Program-made: the position numbers and the translations under genes
NCBI RefSeq assembly: GCF_018350175.1
Contig: NC_058383.1
Span: forward strand, 27,716,001 to 27,780,000
Length of the DNA: 64,000 nucleotides
Origin: Felis catus
Lineage: Eukaryota
Direction of reading: 5' to 3'
Shown: positions 24,130 through 35,876 of the stretch, piece after piece
Layout: the number at the start of each line of letters is the position of its first letter
Numbering within the stretch: position 1 is the first letter of the stretch
Notes under the pieces: model-generated
Seen by the model: only the letters and a program-made list of their open reading frames with translations
Database searches by the model: none
Told to the model about the DNA's origin: nothing

Positions 24130-25016
24130 CTCCTAAATCACTGCTAATCTCCTATGCAAGTCAGTTTTCATGGCGCCTTTATTTCACTGTCTCCTTCCTA
24201 ACCTAACATCTCACCACCTTTCAAACCCAAGGAGTCTATTCCCCTAAACAACAGGAGGTCTCTCCCAAAAAGAAACTCAGCTTCCAGATTTGCATTTATT
24301 TATTAATTTTCACACTGCTTCAATCCTTCTACTTCTAAATGCACCCAGCAGATGGAACCTGATTTGCACCAGGCACTAGTATATAGTGGGTGAACACAGT
24401 AAGGTTCCTAATCTCACCAAGCTCACAAGCCAGGGGAGCTCAACAAACCCTTATTTGTTTGGAAAAAAATACAGTAAGGTCTTCTGCATTAGTGAATGAA
24501 TAAGGAGCATCATTTCCACATCTGTGATTTGGAACTCAGACTTTTATACATAATAATGACTCCTTCTGAGAATATCCACCCAGGCCCTCTAGGACCAAAA
24601 CCAGGGGAGCCACAAACTACAGAAAAAACATTCCTAACCAACCTCCACTAAATCCACCTTCTCAAAACAACCACCATTCTCCATTTCCTCTGCAAAACAT
24701 ACAGACTGCTCTCCAAAGAAAGCTGGAAGCTCGTGGCTAATAGGCAACTCTAATTCTTCTGCTAGATTAACCAGCCAACTACCAGTTCTAATTATATCAG
24801 ATAAGAAGGCTTTTACTGTATTTTTCCAAATAAAAACAATTTCTCACCAAGTGGAACTCTAATGCTGGCTGTTGAAAAAGGTACTTCTGTTTTCTTCCTA
24901 AAACAAAGATGGCTAGATGCTTCAGAAAGGCTTTTCCAGGACGACAAAAAATCCACCTACTACTTACAGTAGAATATAATTCAAATCTCCATTTGCAGGG
25001 AAGAAACTTAAGTGGT

Positions 25017-25528
25017 TGTATCAGTTGTACCAATTACCTATTCCTGAATAACAACGATAAGCATTTATTATTGCTGAAGAGTATGTTGCTAAGGAAGGAC
25101 GTTCTACTGATCTGAGCAATGCTTGGGTGACTTCATCTTATATCTGCAGTCAGCTGGCAAAGTCATCGGGAGGTGGTCAAGGAAAGCATCACATGTCTTA
25201 CAGTTGGTTGGCTTTTGGCTGGATGGGAAAGAGTGACTGAACCCTACGAACCTCTACATCCATCAGGCTAATTCATGGCAACAAGACTGAGGTCCAAGAG
25301 AAAAAGTAGAAGGTACGAGGCCTACTGAGGTCTAGTCTCAGTAGTGACACAGTCAGTTCTACCACATTCTACTGGCCAAAGTAACTTACAAGGTGAGCCA
25401 AGATTTAGAGGAAAGGAAACAAGGTCTACCTATTTATGAAAGGAGCTACAAGCAAAGTCATACAGTAAAGGTTGTGGATATAAGGACAAACGGAAAAGTG
25501 AAGCCATTATTGTAATCAGTGTATCACA
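25017..25528 (-). mobile_element. MaLR LTR (MLT1F/G/H-like)
   Basis: gcatttattattgct, ttctaccacattctactggccaaagtaacttacaagg, atgaaaggagctacaagcaaagtcat. Confidence 0.7.
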
Positions 25529-27069
25529 TTGGCTGAGGTTGTAGTGTCAACCTTTTTTCTGCTGTATCTCAAATTTATCTGGAAATTTTAGCACTTACAA
25601 GAAAGTCAGTGGGTTCCTTTCCATTCCAGGCATGGAAAGTCATGAGAGACAGTTGTTTGCACCCCAAGAATCAAAACAAGTCACTAAGCCATACCAAAAA
25701 GCTGAATACATGTGCGCGCGCACGCACACACGCACGCCAAAAGAACTAGCTTCCAGAAAGTGAGAGGCCCTTTATACAAACAAGAGACTCAGCACTAACC
25801 TAATCCCTGGTGACGCTATAAAGAATGGGAAAGGGGGGAAACATCAAAGTTCTAAGAAAGTTTAACAGCCATGTAAATGTTGGCATGAAAAATTACTATT
25901 TTAAGGAGCTCCAGCCACAGAGCAAGTTTCAACACATCTAATAAACACTTTCTCAAAGGTTCTGGTGGGAACTGTGCACCAAAAGTAGGATTAGAGAAAG
26001 AGGTGAGAAAAACCACCCCTGAAATGCATCATTCTGCTTCACATGCAATAGTAATGTTGTCCAAAAGGAATAAAGAGGCAGGTAAAAGAGTAGAAACAAA
26101 GCTCTTTCCCATGCACACTGGATTTCACTGAACTAAGAAACAGAACTGAGAGAAACCATGAGACATTTCAGACTTTCAATCATTAAAGAATGGGCAAGAG
26201 AGAACAGATGTGATAAAATCTCCCTTAAAGGCATTCTAGTTCTGTATGATGATTACAGCTACAACTCTCAGAAGACCGAGAGGCAGGAAAGCAGGGCTGA
26301 AAAATCGCCTAAGCTAAAGTAGGGAGCAGGACAGGAGAGCAAGAGAGCAGAAACCCAATAAGCTGGTAGGCTGGTGAGAGATCAAGGAAAGATCTCCAAA
26401 GTTCTGAAAGCTGGCAACTTGTTTGTGCACCACAGACATATTTTTGTCATCTTGCTAGCACCCAGATCTGAGGTCCTACTCTTTGGGAAGTGCTGATCTC
26501 ACTGTCAAATAATTGGAAGCCGGGGGTAAATTAAATCAAATAAAAGCTACAACAAAACCCAGACTCAATTTACAGAGCAGACTCAGTCAGCCTTCACTCT
26601 GGTATAAGAAAAGGTGCATCCATTTTTGGAGGTAAGCATCAGTTACTTTAGTCTTTATGATTTCTTTATTTCCGTCATACAATAAAAAAAAATCACAAAA
26701 CACACCAAACAACAACAAAGAAATATAATTATGATAAGGAAATAAAACAAAATATTGAAACAGACCAAGGGATGGCCCAGAGGTTGGCATTACCAAATGG
26801 GGACTGTAAAATAATTGATTAAAAATGTTAAAGTATCTAGGAGAAAAGATACATAAGATGCATGCCAAGATGTGGAATTTATCAGAAACATACAAACTAC
26901 ACAATGAACCAACTGGAAATGCAAAAATGAAAAATAAAATATCAGGAAAAAATAATTTATTAGATTGGCTGAAGAGCAGACTAAACATAAAAGAAGACAA
27001 AAAAGTGAATGAGTAGATGAGTCAATAAAAAGCATCCAAACTAAAACACAAACAGAAAAAGAGTAGGAA

Positions 27070-27163
27070 GGGGCATCTATGTGGTGCAGTCAGTACAGCA
27101 TCCGACTCTTGATCTCAGGGTTGTGAGTTCAAGTCCCACATTGTGTATGGAGCCTACTTAAAA
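27070..27163 (+). mobile_element. Short tRNA-Lys-derived carnivore SINE
   Basis: gggcatctatgtggtgcagtcagtacagcatccgactcttgatctcagggttgtgagttcaagtcccac with a short A tail; taggaa on both flanks. Confidence 0.75.
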
Positions 27164-28295
27164 CAAATAGGAAAAAAAATTGGGCATTTGAGATTTGTGA
27201 CACCATATCAAATGGTCCAACATATGTGTAACTGGAAATTTAGGAAGCAAGGAAATGTATGATGTGAAAACAACAGAATGGCTCAAAAAGATTAAAGATA
27301 TGACCCCACATATCAAAGAAGCTCCATGAATATCGGCAAGAACCAAACAGGATAAATATAAAGAAAGATGTAGGCCTATCACAGTAAAACTTCAGAAAAC
27401 TAAAAAGCAAATCTTAAAAAACAACCAGATATAAAACACAGAATGCATACAATGGAAAAAATTATATGAATGATGGCTGCCTTCTGAGCAGAAACAATGA
27501 AGATCAGAAAAAAAAAATGTACCAACATCCATAAAGTATTCAAAGAAAAAAAAGTCAGCCTAGAATTCTGTACCAATCAAAAATATCCTTCAAAATTCAA
27601 AGGAAACAGAAATTCTCAGACAGACAAAAGCTAAGAGGATTCATCTCTAGCATATTTGCTCTACAAGAAATGATGAAAGAAGTGATTCAAGCTGAAGGGT
27701 AATAAAATTAAAAGGAACTCTGAAAATCAGTAAGAAATGAGCAGCAAAGGGTTAAATATTTGGTTGAATATAAAACATTTTATTTTAGTACCTTTATTTT
27801 ATATAAATACATTTTCTTAAGTCTCATTAAAAGACAATTAACTAAAGCACATATAATAACAATGTATTGTGAGGCTTACTATATATATAGTAGTAAAATA
27901 TAAGATGACAGAAAGAAGGGTATGACAAAGCAATTGGAATTTAACTGATCTAAGGTTATTATACTTCGTGTGAAGTGATCTAATGTTACTTCAAGGTAGG
28001 TTGTCATCATTTAAAATTGCACATTGTAAACTCCACAGCGACTACTTGATACTACTAAAAATGATTAGCTAAAACTTATTACAGAAAAAAATAAAATATT
28101 AACAGATTCAATTTACCCAAAAGGAAGCACTAAAGGAAAACAGAACAAAGAATGAGAGAAAAAGATAAATAAAAATCAGAGCGGGAAACTAAAACTCAGG
28201 CATATTGTTAATTACATTAAATATAAATGAACAAAACCAGTTAAAGGGCAGAGACTGTTGGGCTGATGGGAATGTAATAATGATATGCTGTTTAC

Positions 28296-28296
<1 letters not shown>

Positions 28297-28342
<46 letters not shown>
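28297..28342. repeat. (AC)23 microsatellite
   Basis: Uninterrupted AC run. Confidence 0.97.
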
Positions 28343-28345
<3 letters not shown>

Positions 28346-28516
28346 GACTTTAATTATAAAGAAAAATACAGGTTGATAGACAAGGTATACAATATAAACA
28401 TCAAGCATAATGAAGCCAGTATGGCAATACTAATATGAAACAAAGTAGAATTACAGAAAATAGTACTACTATAGATAAGAAGGAATATTTCAAAATGATT
28501 CAAGTATGAATTCATA

Positions 28517-28965
28517 GGAGTGCCTGGGTGGTTCAGTCAGTCAAGCATTTGACTCTTGCAGCTCAGATCATGATCCCAGGGTTGTGAGATCCAGCCCCAT
28601 GTCAGGCTCCACACTGAGTATAGAGCCTGCTTAAGATTCTCTCTCTCTCTGGGGCACCTGGGTAGCTCAGTTGGTTGAACATCCAACTTTGGCTCAGGTC
28701 ATGATCTCTCGGTTCGTGAGTTCAAGCCCCACATCAGGCTCTGTGCTCACAGCTCAGAGCCTGGAGCCTGCTTTGGATTCTGTGTCTCCCTCTTTCTGCC
28801 CCTTCCCCACTCACACTCTGTCTCTCTCTCAAAAATAAATAAACATTAAACAAAATTTTTTAAAAAGTTCTCTCTCTCTCTCTCTCTTTCTCTCTCCCCC
28901 TCTTCCCCACACGCTATCTTTCTCATAAATAAATAAATAAGTAAAATAAAGTAAGTAAATAAGTA
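28517..28965 (+). mobile_element. Can-SINE (outer) split by a nested SINE
   Basis: Head at 28517; the CT tract is broken at 28650 and resumes at ~28867 before the (aaat)n tail. Confidence 0.88.
28651..28865 (+). mobile_element. Can-SINE (SINEC_Fc type, nested)
   Basis: Complete SINE; TSD aagattctctctctctct / aaagttctctctctctct. Confidence 0.93.
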
Positions 28966-29403
28966 GGTAACTATCAATTCTTCAAACACAGCAGTCCTCT
29001 GTGTTAATTTAGCTCTAAAAACAAAACTTCAAACATATGAAGTCAAATGACATGGAACATTCTCCAAGAATTTCATAAATATAAAAAATGTTAAACCATA
29101 CAAAAGGAAAAATATCATACAAAAGATACTCCCTAAACACATCATTAAATTGCAATTCAATGAAAAATAAACTATCTAGAAAAATCCTCAGTTTTTAAAG
29201 TAAATGACACCTTTATAAAGAACTCACAGATCAAAGGGGAAATGATGAGGAAAACTACAAAATATCTGGACTGAGTATTAATGAAAATGTTAGCACATAT
29301 CAAAACATACGAAATGTATCTTAAAACATGCTTACAGGAAAATTTACAGTATCAAATGCTTATTACCTGAAAAGTACACAGTTGTAAAATCAATATTCTA
29401 AGG

Positions 29404-29610
29404 CAAGAGTCAGTAGACAATGGCCATGAGTTAAATCCGGTTTGCTGCCTGTTCTCATAAATAAAGTTTTACTGGAACAAAGGCACACTCGTTCTTTTAC
29501 ATTTTGTCTATGGTTGCCTTCATACTGCAATGGAAAAACCTGGGTAACAGAGACCACGTGGCCACAAAGTCTCTATTTATAATCTAGTCCTTTATTTTTC
29601 AATCCTTGTA
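29404..29610. mobile_element. MER58A-like hAT MITE in L1 ORF2
   Basis: aaataaagttttactggaacaaaggcacactc...gtctatggttgcctt...aacagagaccacgtggcc. Confidence 0.8.
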
Positions 29611-30889
29611 CAAGTTTTCATCTTAACAAACAAGAACAAAGTAAGCATAAGAGATGAAATCATAAAAAGTAAAAATTAACAAGGTATAAAACAGGAAAAC
29701 AATGAAAGAAAGTAAATAAAATCACAAGTTGGTTCTTTAAAATAACTAGTCAAATTGATAAAATCCTACCAGGAATGAAAACAAAAAGAGGAGAAAATAT
29801 AAATTACCAAGAAGAGGAACTAAAAGAGGAACATCATTACACATCACACAGACTGTTTGTGAAATGGTCAGGGAGTTTTTGGAACAACTTGAAGTCAAAT
29901 TCAAAAACTTAAATGAAACAGACAGATTCCTTGGGAAAAAAAACAACAAATTATCAAACCTAACATTAAAAGAAAGAAATCTAAACATTCTCATATATGT
30001 TAAAGAAATAAGAATTCACAGTTAAGAACAAAAACAAAAATTTGGCCATAAACAAAACTTCAGGCCCAGATGGTGCCCCAGGGAATTTTAGAAAACATTT
30101 AAAGAAGAAATGATATCAATTCTGCACAACCCTTTCAAAAAAGAGAAGATGAAATACTTTCCAACTCATCTAGGAGGTCCCCATAACCCTGATATTGACA
30201 CGTGACCAAGATTATTACAAAAAATAAAATCACAGATCAAAATATCTCATGAAGAAATGCAAAAATTCTCATGAAAAGCTCAACAAACTGAATTCAGTAA
30301 TGTATTTTTAAAAGTTAATGCATCATGATCAGGTAGGATTTATCTGAGGAATATAAAATTGATTTAGCATTCAAAAAATCAATTAATGTAATATATCACA
30401 TTGGCAAAAGAAAAGATAAAAATCACATTATGATCCCAATAGATGCAAAAATTCAATACCTTTTTATGGTAAAAAAAAAAACAAAACTCAGCAAACTAAG
30501 AATAAGGAAAAAAACTTTAAGCTGTAAAGCAAATCTATGAAAAACCTACAGCTACCACTATACCTCTTACCATAGTTACTGTTAATCTTCTCCCTCTGCT
30601 TAAAAACAAAGCAATGATGTTTTTCTTACCACCTGTATTCAATAATACCCTGGAAATCATACACAAAGCAATAAAAAGAAGAAAGAAAATGTACAAAGAT
30701 TGGAAAAGATAAAATTCTAGTTATGTGCAGACCAAATGATTATGTATTTAGAATGCTCAAAGGAATCTAATCTAACAAACCACTAAAACTAATTATCAAA
30801 TTCAACACAGGACACAAAGTTGATATAAAAAATTAATTTTATAACCACACATAAGCAATAAACCATTGAAAACTGAAATTTAAAAACAT

Positions 30890-32490
30890 ACTAGCTCTTT
30901 CCTTTTTCTTTCTCCTTTCCTTCCTGAAAAATTCTGTCCAAAAGCCATTAGGCGGGCCTGAACACAGGCATCTCTGTAGGGAGGTAAGGTGGTACAGGAC
31001 AGTACATGGTGTTGATGCCCAAGCATAGCAAAGAGGACATTTATAAGAGAAGGTTGTCCCATTGCAAAGTATCAGAGTCTGAGCAGAGTGAAAGGGTTGT
31101 CTGCACAGGGGAAAGTGGCTACAGTCGGGCCACCAATGCCCATGTAGGCTGAATAGGGCATCCATGTAAGAGGGGAGCCCAGCATAAGGTGTTTGAGTCT
31201 GAGGAGGGTGAACAGGGGTGGCAGGAATGATGGGGGAATGGTAGTCACAGGGGGATTGATCAATTAAGTTGAGGGTAATGGGAGTGTGGTCTCTCCCTAT
31301 CATAAAAAGACTTACAAATATGAAAAGGAAGAAAATTGGAATGAATTCTGGGGTCAAATGGAATTAAATGCATTGGTATAAACCAGTGGTTTTCCATAAA
31401 TATAGACAAGTATCCATATTAACAAAATACATAGTAACAAGCATACCTAAGGCCCAGATACTGGTTGTTAAACACCATTCTGAAATAAAAGGATTAAGGG
31501 CGTCTTGGATAAGTGGCTGATTCCAGGTGTAAACCAAGAAAAGTACAAGATGAGCGTAGAACATTTTTTTGTCATAAAGCAAGGAAGCAGTCAAAGAACA
31601 GTGCAAGCATGTCAAACAGCCATGGAAACCAGCTTGAAGGTGATCCTATCAGCCAAATCTGGGACAATCTGAGCATTGAAATAAAGAATGATATTAATGA
31701 ATCAAGGCCTATTAAATAAAATAGCAATAAACGAACCTATGGTGACAAAAATGAATAAATTTAAAGTTTGATGAAAAATAAGACACTCTCAAAATATCAC
31801 TAAACAAATACTTATCACAGAGGGATAAATAGTAAATTTACAATGGAGAAGTCTAACAGACATCACCTTAATCAAACAAACATCAAAGTAAAAATCATCA
31901 GTAATAGAACAAATGAAAACATAGGATGTAATAAAAATAATACAGCCTTGGAGCTTGGGTGGCTCGGTTGGCAAAGCATCTGACTCTTGATTTTGGCTCA
32001 GGTCACGATCTTACGGTTTACCAGATCAAAGTGCCATGTTGGCCTCTGCACTGCCAGCACAAAGCCTGCTTGGGATTCTCTCTCTGTTCCTCCCCTGTAC
32101 TCTCGCTCTCAATACAATTAAATAAGTATACTTTAAAAACAAAGAATAATACAGCCTTGCTTCTGTGATATTTCTGCCAAAGATGAATAACCTAAATCTA
32201 ATCAAAAAGAAAAATCAGACCAATCCAAAACCTACAAAATAATCATAAAATTTGTCATGGTCATAAAAATCAAAGAAAGACCAAGGAACTATTTTAGACT
32301 AGTACAACTAAATACAACAGGTATTATGGTTATTAAGGGAAACACCCTTGCTCTTAGGAAATATATGCTGAAGTACTAGGGGGTGATATGATAGCACGTT
32401 GACAACTTACTCTCAAACGCTTCTAGAAGTTTCTTTGTTCTCTACTTACAACTTTTTGGAAACTTTGCGGTTCTTTCAAAAAAAAAAAAG
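30890..32490 (+). mobile_element. L1MC/MD-like 3'UTR insert nested in the ORF2 of the old L1
   Basis: gtatcagagtctgagcagagtgaaagggttgtc repeats, aagtggctgattccagg, A-tail at ~32478-32489; host ORF2 resumes after it. Confidence 0.65.
31951..32144 (+). mobile_element. Can-SINE
   Basis: Perfect 15-bp TSD aataatacagccttg at 31936-31950 and 32145-32159. Confidence 0.92.
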
Positions 32491-33614
32491 AGAAACAGTA
32501 TAATTTTCAATAATATCACAAGTATCAAATATGCAGGGATAAATCGAATGAAATATGCATATGAAATACCTATAAAAAACACACAATATTTCTGAGAAAA
32601 GGTAAAGAACTGAATAAATGGAGAGTTATACAATGTTCATAGATTGGAATACTTACTGTTGTTAAGACAGTCATTTTCCCTAAACTGGTATACAAATTCA
32701 ACATCATTCCTATCAAAATTCCAGCAGGTTACTTATTACAAATACACAAGATAATTCTAAAATTTAAATGGCAGCACTACAGATCAAGAATAACCAAAGC
32801 AATATTGAAAAAGATTAACAAAGCTGGAGACTAACACTATCTGATTACAAGTCTTATCCCAAAACTATAGTAATCAAGACAGTTTCAGAGGATGGTAGGA
32901 AAGAAAACTAGATCAATGGAAAAGAAAAGACAATGTAGAAACAGACCCCTTGTATGGTCAATTGATTTTCCCTAAAGATGCTAATTCAGTTGTAAAAACA
33001 CCTTTTTAACAAATCTGCTAAAGTGACTGAATTCTGTGTAGGGAAAAAAATGAACCTTGATACCTTTTTCTCCACATAAAGAAAACTTACTTCAACATGA
33101 ATGTGTACTTAACATAAAATTGAGAAATCTAACATTTCTAGAAAAAAATATGAGAATATTCTGTGACCTTAGATAGACAAAGGTTTTTCTGAACAGAATA
33201 CAGAAAACACAAACGCTAAAAATTAAATTTTGAAAAATGAGACTTCATCAAAATTAAAACTTTCCACTCATCAAAAGACATCATTATGACAACGAATAGC
33301 GCAAAGCAAAGATTAGGAAATATATGTATGACATCTATATAACAATGGACTTGCATCCAGAATGTACAAAAAAACATAAAACAATTTAAAAAATAAGTAA
33401 CCACATTTTTAAAAATTCACAAAGTACATTAACAGATGCTTCACAAAAGAAAAAATAGGAATAGCCAGCACTTTAAAAAGGACTTAATATCATTATTCCT
33501 CAGGGAATGCAAATTAAAGACCACAATGAGCCCTTGACACCCACAAGAATGGCTAAAATAAAAGACTGACAATGCCACATGTTGACAAGGATGTGGAACA
33601 ACAAGGATACGATG

Positions 33615-33688
33615 CTGTGTGAGTGTAAAAATGTTACGATCACTTTCAGAACTGTGTGAGTGTAAAAATGTTACGATCACTTTCAGAA
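33615..33688. repeat. Perfect 37-bp tandem duplication
   Basis: ctgtgtgagtgtaaaaatgttacgatcactttcagaa x2. Confidence 0.95.
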
Positions 33689-33794
33689 CTATGTGTCAGT
33701 TTCTTATAAAAGTTAAACAGATGTATATACCCTCTGATCCATCTGTTCTTCAACTAGGTATTTATTCAAAAGAAATGAAAACATGTTTACTGAA

Positions 33795-33998
33795 GGGCAC
33801 CTGGGTGGCTCAATTGGTTAAGTATCTGACTCTTGATTTCTACTCAGGTCATGACCTCATAGTTCATGAGATCGAGCCCCACTCGGGCTCTGTGCTGACA
33901 GTGTGCAGCCTTCTTGGGATTCTCTCTCTCTGCCCATCCCCTGCTCGTGCTTGCTCGCTCTCTCTCTCTCTCTCAAAATAATTTTTTTTAAACTTAAA
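33795..33998 (+). mobile_element. Can-SINE
   Basis: gggcacctgggtggctcaattggttaag head; TSD aaaacatgtttact / aaaacatgttaact. Confidence 0.93.
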
Positions 33999-34039
33999 AA
34001 AAACATGTTAACTCAAAATCTTGTATGAAAACATTCTTT

Positions 34040-34240
34040 GGGGTGCCGGGGTGGCTCAGTTGGTTAAGCATCTGACTTTGGCTCAGGTCATGATCTCGCA
34101 GTTGGGGAGTTCAAGCCCCGCACTGGGCTCTCTGCTGTCAGCACATAGCTTGCTTTGGATCCTCTATCCTATCCCTCTCTGCCCCTCTCCCACTTATGCT
34201 CTCTCTCTCTCTCTCTCTCAAAATTAGATAAATATTTTCT
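34040..34240 (+). mobile_element. Can-SINE
   Basis: ggggtgccggggtggctcagttggttaag head, CT tract; attctt on both flanks. Confidence 0.92.
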
Positions 34241-34603
34241 AAAAATTCTTGGCCACATGGATAACTGTCAAAAAGTGGCAACAATGTCAATACTCCTCAG
34301 CTGGAGAATGCTGAAGCCTCATAATGTATTTATTACTACTCAACAATAAAAAGAATGAAGTGCTAATACACATGACAATATGCATGAATCTCAAAAACAG
34401 GCAGGTTAAACAAATGAAGCCAGAAAAAAAAAAAAAGAATCCAAACCATAAGAATAAGCATATATATGGAATCAGTATACAGACAAACCTAATAGATTAG
34501 GTGACAGAAACCAGTAGTGGTTGCTGGCAGTGGGAGGTGAGGAAGGAACTTACTGAAAAGGAGCCTGAGAGTTTCTGGGATGATGGAGATCTATGTTGTT
34601 TTG

Positions 34604-34780
34604 TCTGTATGTTGAGAGACAGAGCCAGCGAGGGAGGAGCAGAGAGAGAGGGACAGAGAATCCAAAGCAGGCTCTCTGCCGACAGCAGAGAGCCCGGTGT
34701 AGGGTTTGAACTCACAAATCGTGAGACCATGACCTGAGCTGAAGTCAGACACTTAACCGACTGAGCCACCCAGGTGCCCC
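34604..34780 (-). mobile_element. Can-SINE lacking a polyA tail
   Basis: Perfect 17-bp TSD agatctatgttgttttg at 34587-34603 and 34782-34798. Confidence 0.93.
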
Positions 34781-35844
34781 AAGATCTATGTTGTTTTGAG
34801 TGGTGGTTACAATGCTGTATAGAATTGTCAAAACTCAGGGCATTTTCCTGTATATTAATTATATATCTCAATGAATAAAAGAAGGTCCTGTACTCTAAAT
34901 GTCTAGTTCAGGATCTATCTCAGATGAGTGAAACGTTCAGTGTTTAGATTTCTTCCCTCCAGAAAAGCACAGTGTTTGAAAAATTAAACATTTCGGATAT
35001 GTATAATACATAAGTACACACATTTGCAACTCAGTGCTTCCAAATAGTTGCTACCCAGCCAAACAAATCAGCCAAAGAGAGCCATCACAATCCGTGTGTA
35101 ATCGGCCAGACCCCCATGATGTCACAGGTTGTATCCAACTGCCAACACCACCCTGTCTGTGATTTGGGGACCATGTAGTCACAACTATATCGCTGAGGTT
35201 GACAGCACTACCTGGGAAGTCAGGCAGACAATAGGTCCGAATATTGCCTCAGAAAATGTCCTCATATAGCCTCACGCTCTTCCTTTAATAGTTCTGTGAG
35301 CCCCAAGTCTAGTGGTGGGTGGGTGGATAGCTCTTCTAATTCCAATCTGTTAAAGGTCCCTACTCAAGACCTCCTCATCTTAGGTCTATCCTAAGGGTCA
35401 CAAGACGTAGCATCAGCTCCAGGGACAATGGGCTACTTCAGTTAGCCCCCCCACCCTCAACCACCCTCTCCCGTCTTTGGGAAACAGCAAACAAATAACA
35501 AGATGCCACACCAAGTGATGTGGATATCGGAAAATGCAGCCAGAACGTAAAACACCTTCCTTGAACAAGCCTGTCAAGGGGCAAATAGACATCCACTGAT
35601 TTCTGGGTTATGCATGATCGAGGATGCCACTCTGCGGTCCTGCATTCCCACGTAACACCCCTGAGGCATGCAATTGTTCGACAGGCTTAAGATACATGAA
35701 TCTATTTCCGAAGACAGAAACAGACATCAAGGCCCTCCTGTCGGAGCGTGTGTAGAAGAAAGAGCAAACGGCAGAAGAAACCTGCTACAGAGGGTGAGCC
35801 CACAGACAGCTGCTGTGGCCTCTGCTTTGGAGTGGAAGTAGGGA

Positions 35845-35876
35845 GCACTGGCTTTGGCAGCACGTCTACTAAAATT
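35845..35876 (+). pseudogene. U6 snRNA 5'-fragment retropseudogene (nt 1-32)
   Basis: gcactggctttggcagcacgtctactaaaatt vs U6 GTGCTCGCTTCGGCAGCACATATACTAAAATT (26/32 identical); decayed 16-bp TSD. Confidence 0.75.

Larger units (their letters stand above)
25600..34880 (+). mobile_element. Near full-length, heavily decayed old L1 (ORF1-, ORF2- and 3'UTR-like parts) hosting many younger insertions
   Basis: ORF1-like gtcagcctagaattctgtaccaatcaaaaatatccttcaaaa; ORF2 motifs caggcccagatgg, atacttttccaactcat, ccaatagatgcaaaa, tatggtcaattgattttc; 3' end near 34800-34880; 5' boundary uncertain. Confidence 0.8.

Noticed and set aside
27070..27163. Possible tRNA-Lys gene
   Set aside because: Degenerate stems, an A-tail and flanking repeats indicate a tRNA-derived SINE, not a functional tRNA
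30839..31357. 172-aa minus-strand ORF
   Set aside because: Antisense reading of an L1 3'UTR insert; no recognisable domain
33615..33688. CRISPR-like repeat (37-bp unit)
   Set aside because: Two adjacent copies with no spacer, in mammalian L1 DNA; a simple duplication
35112..35200. Possible C/D-box snoRNA (ATGATG...CTGA)
   Set aside because: Imperfect C box, no convincing terminal stem and no recognisable rRNA guide
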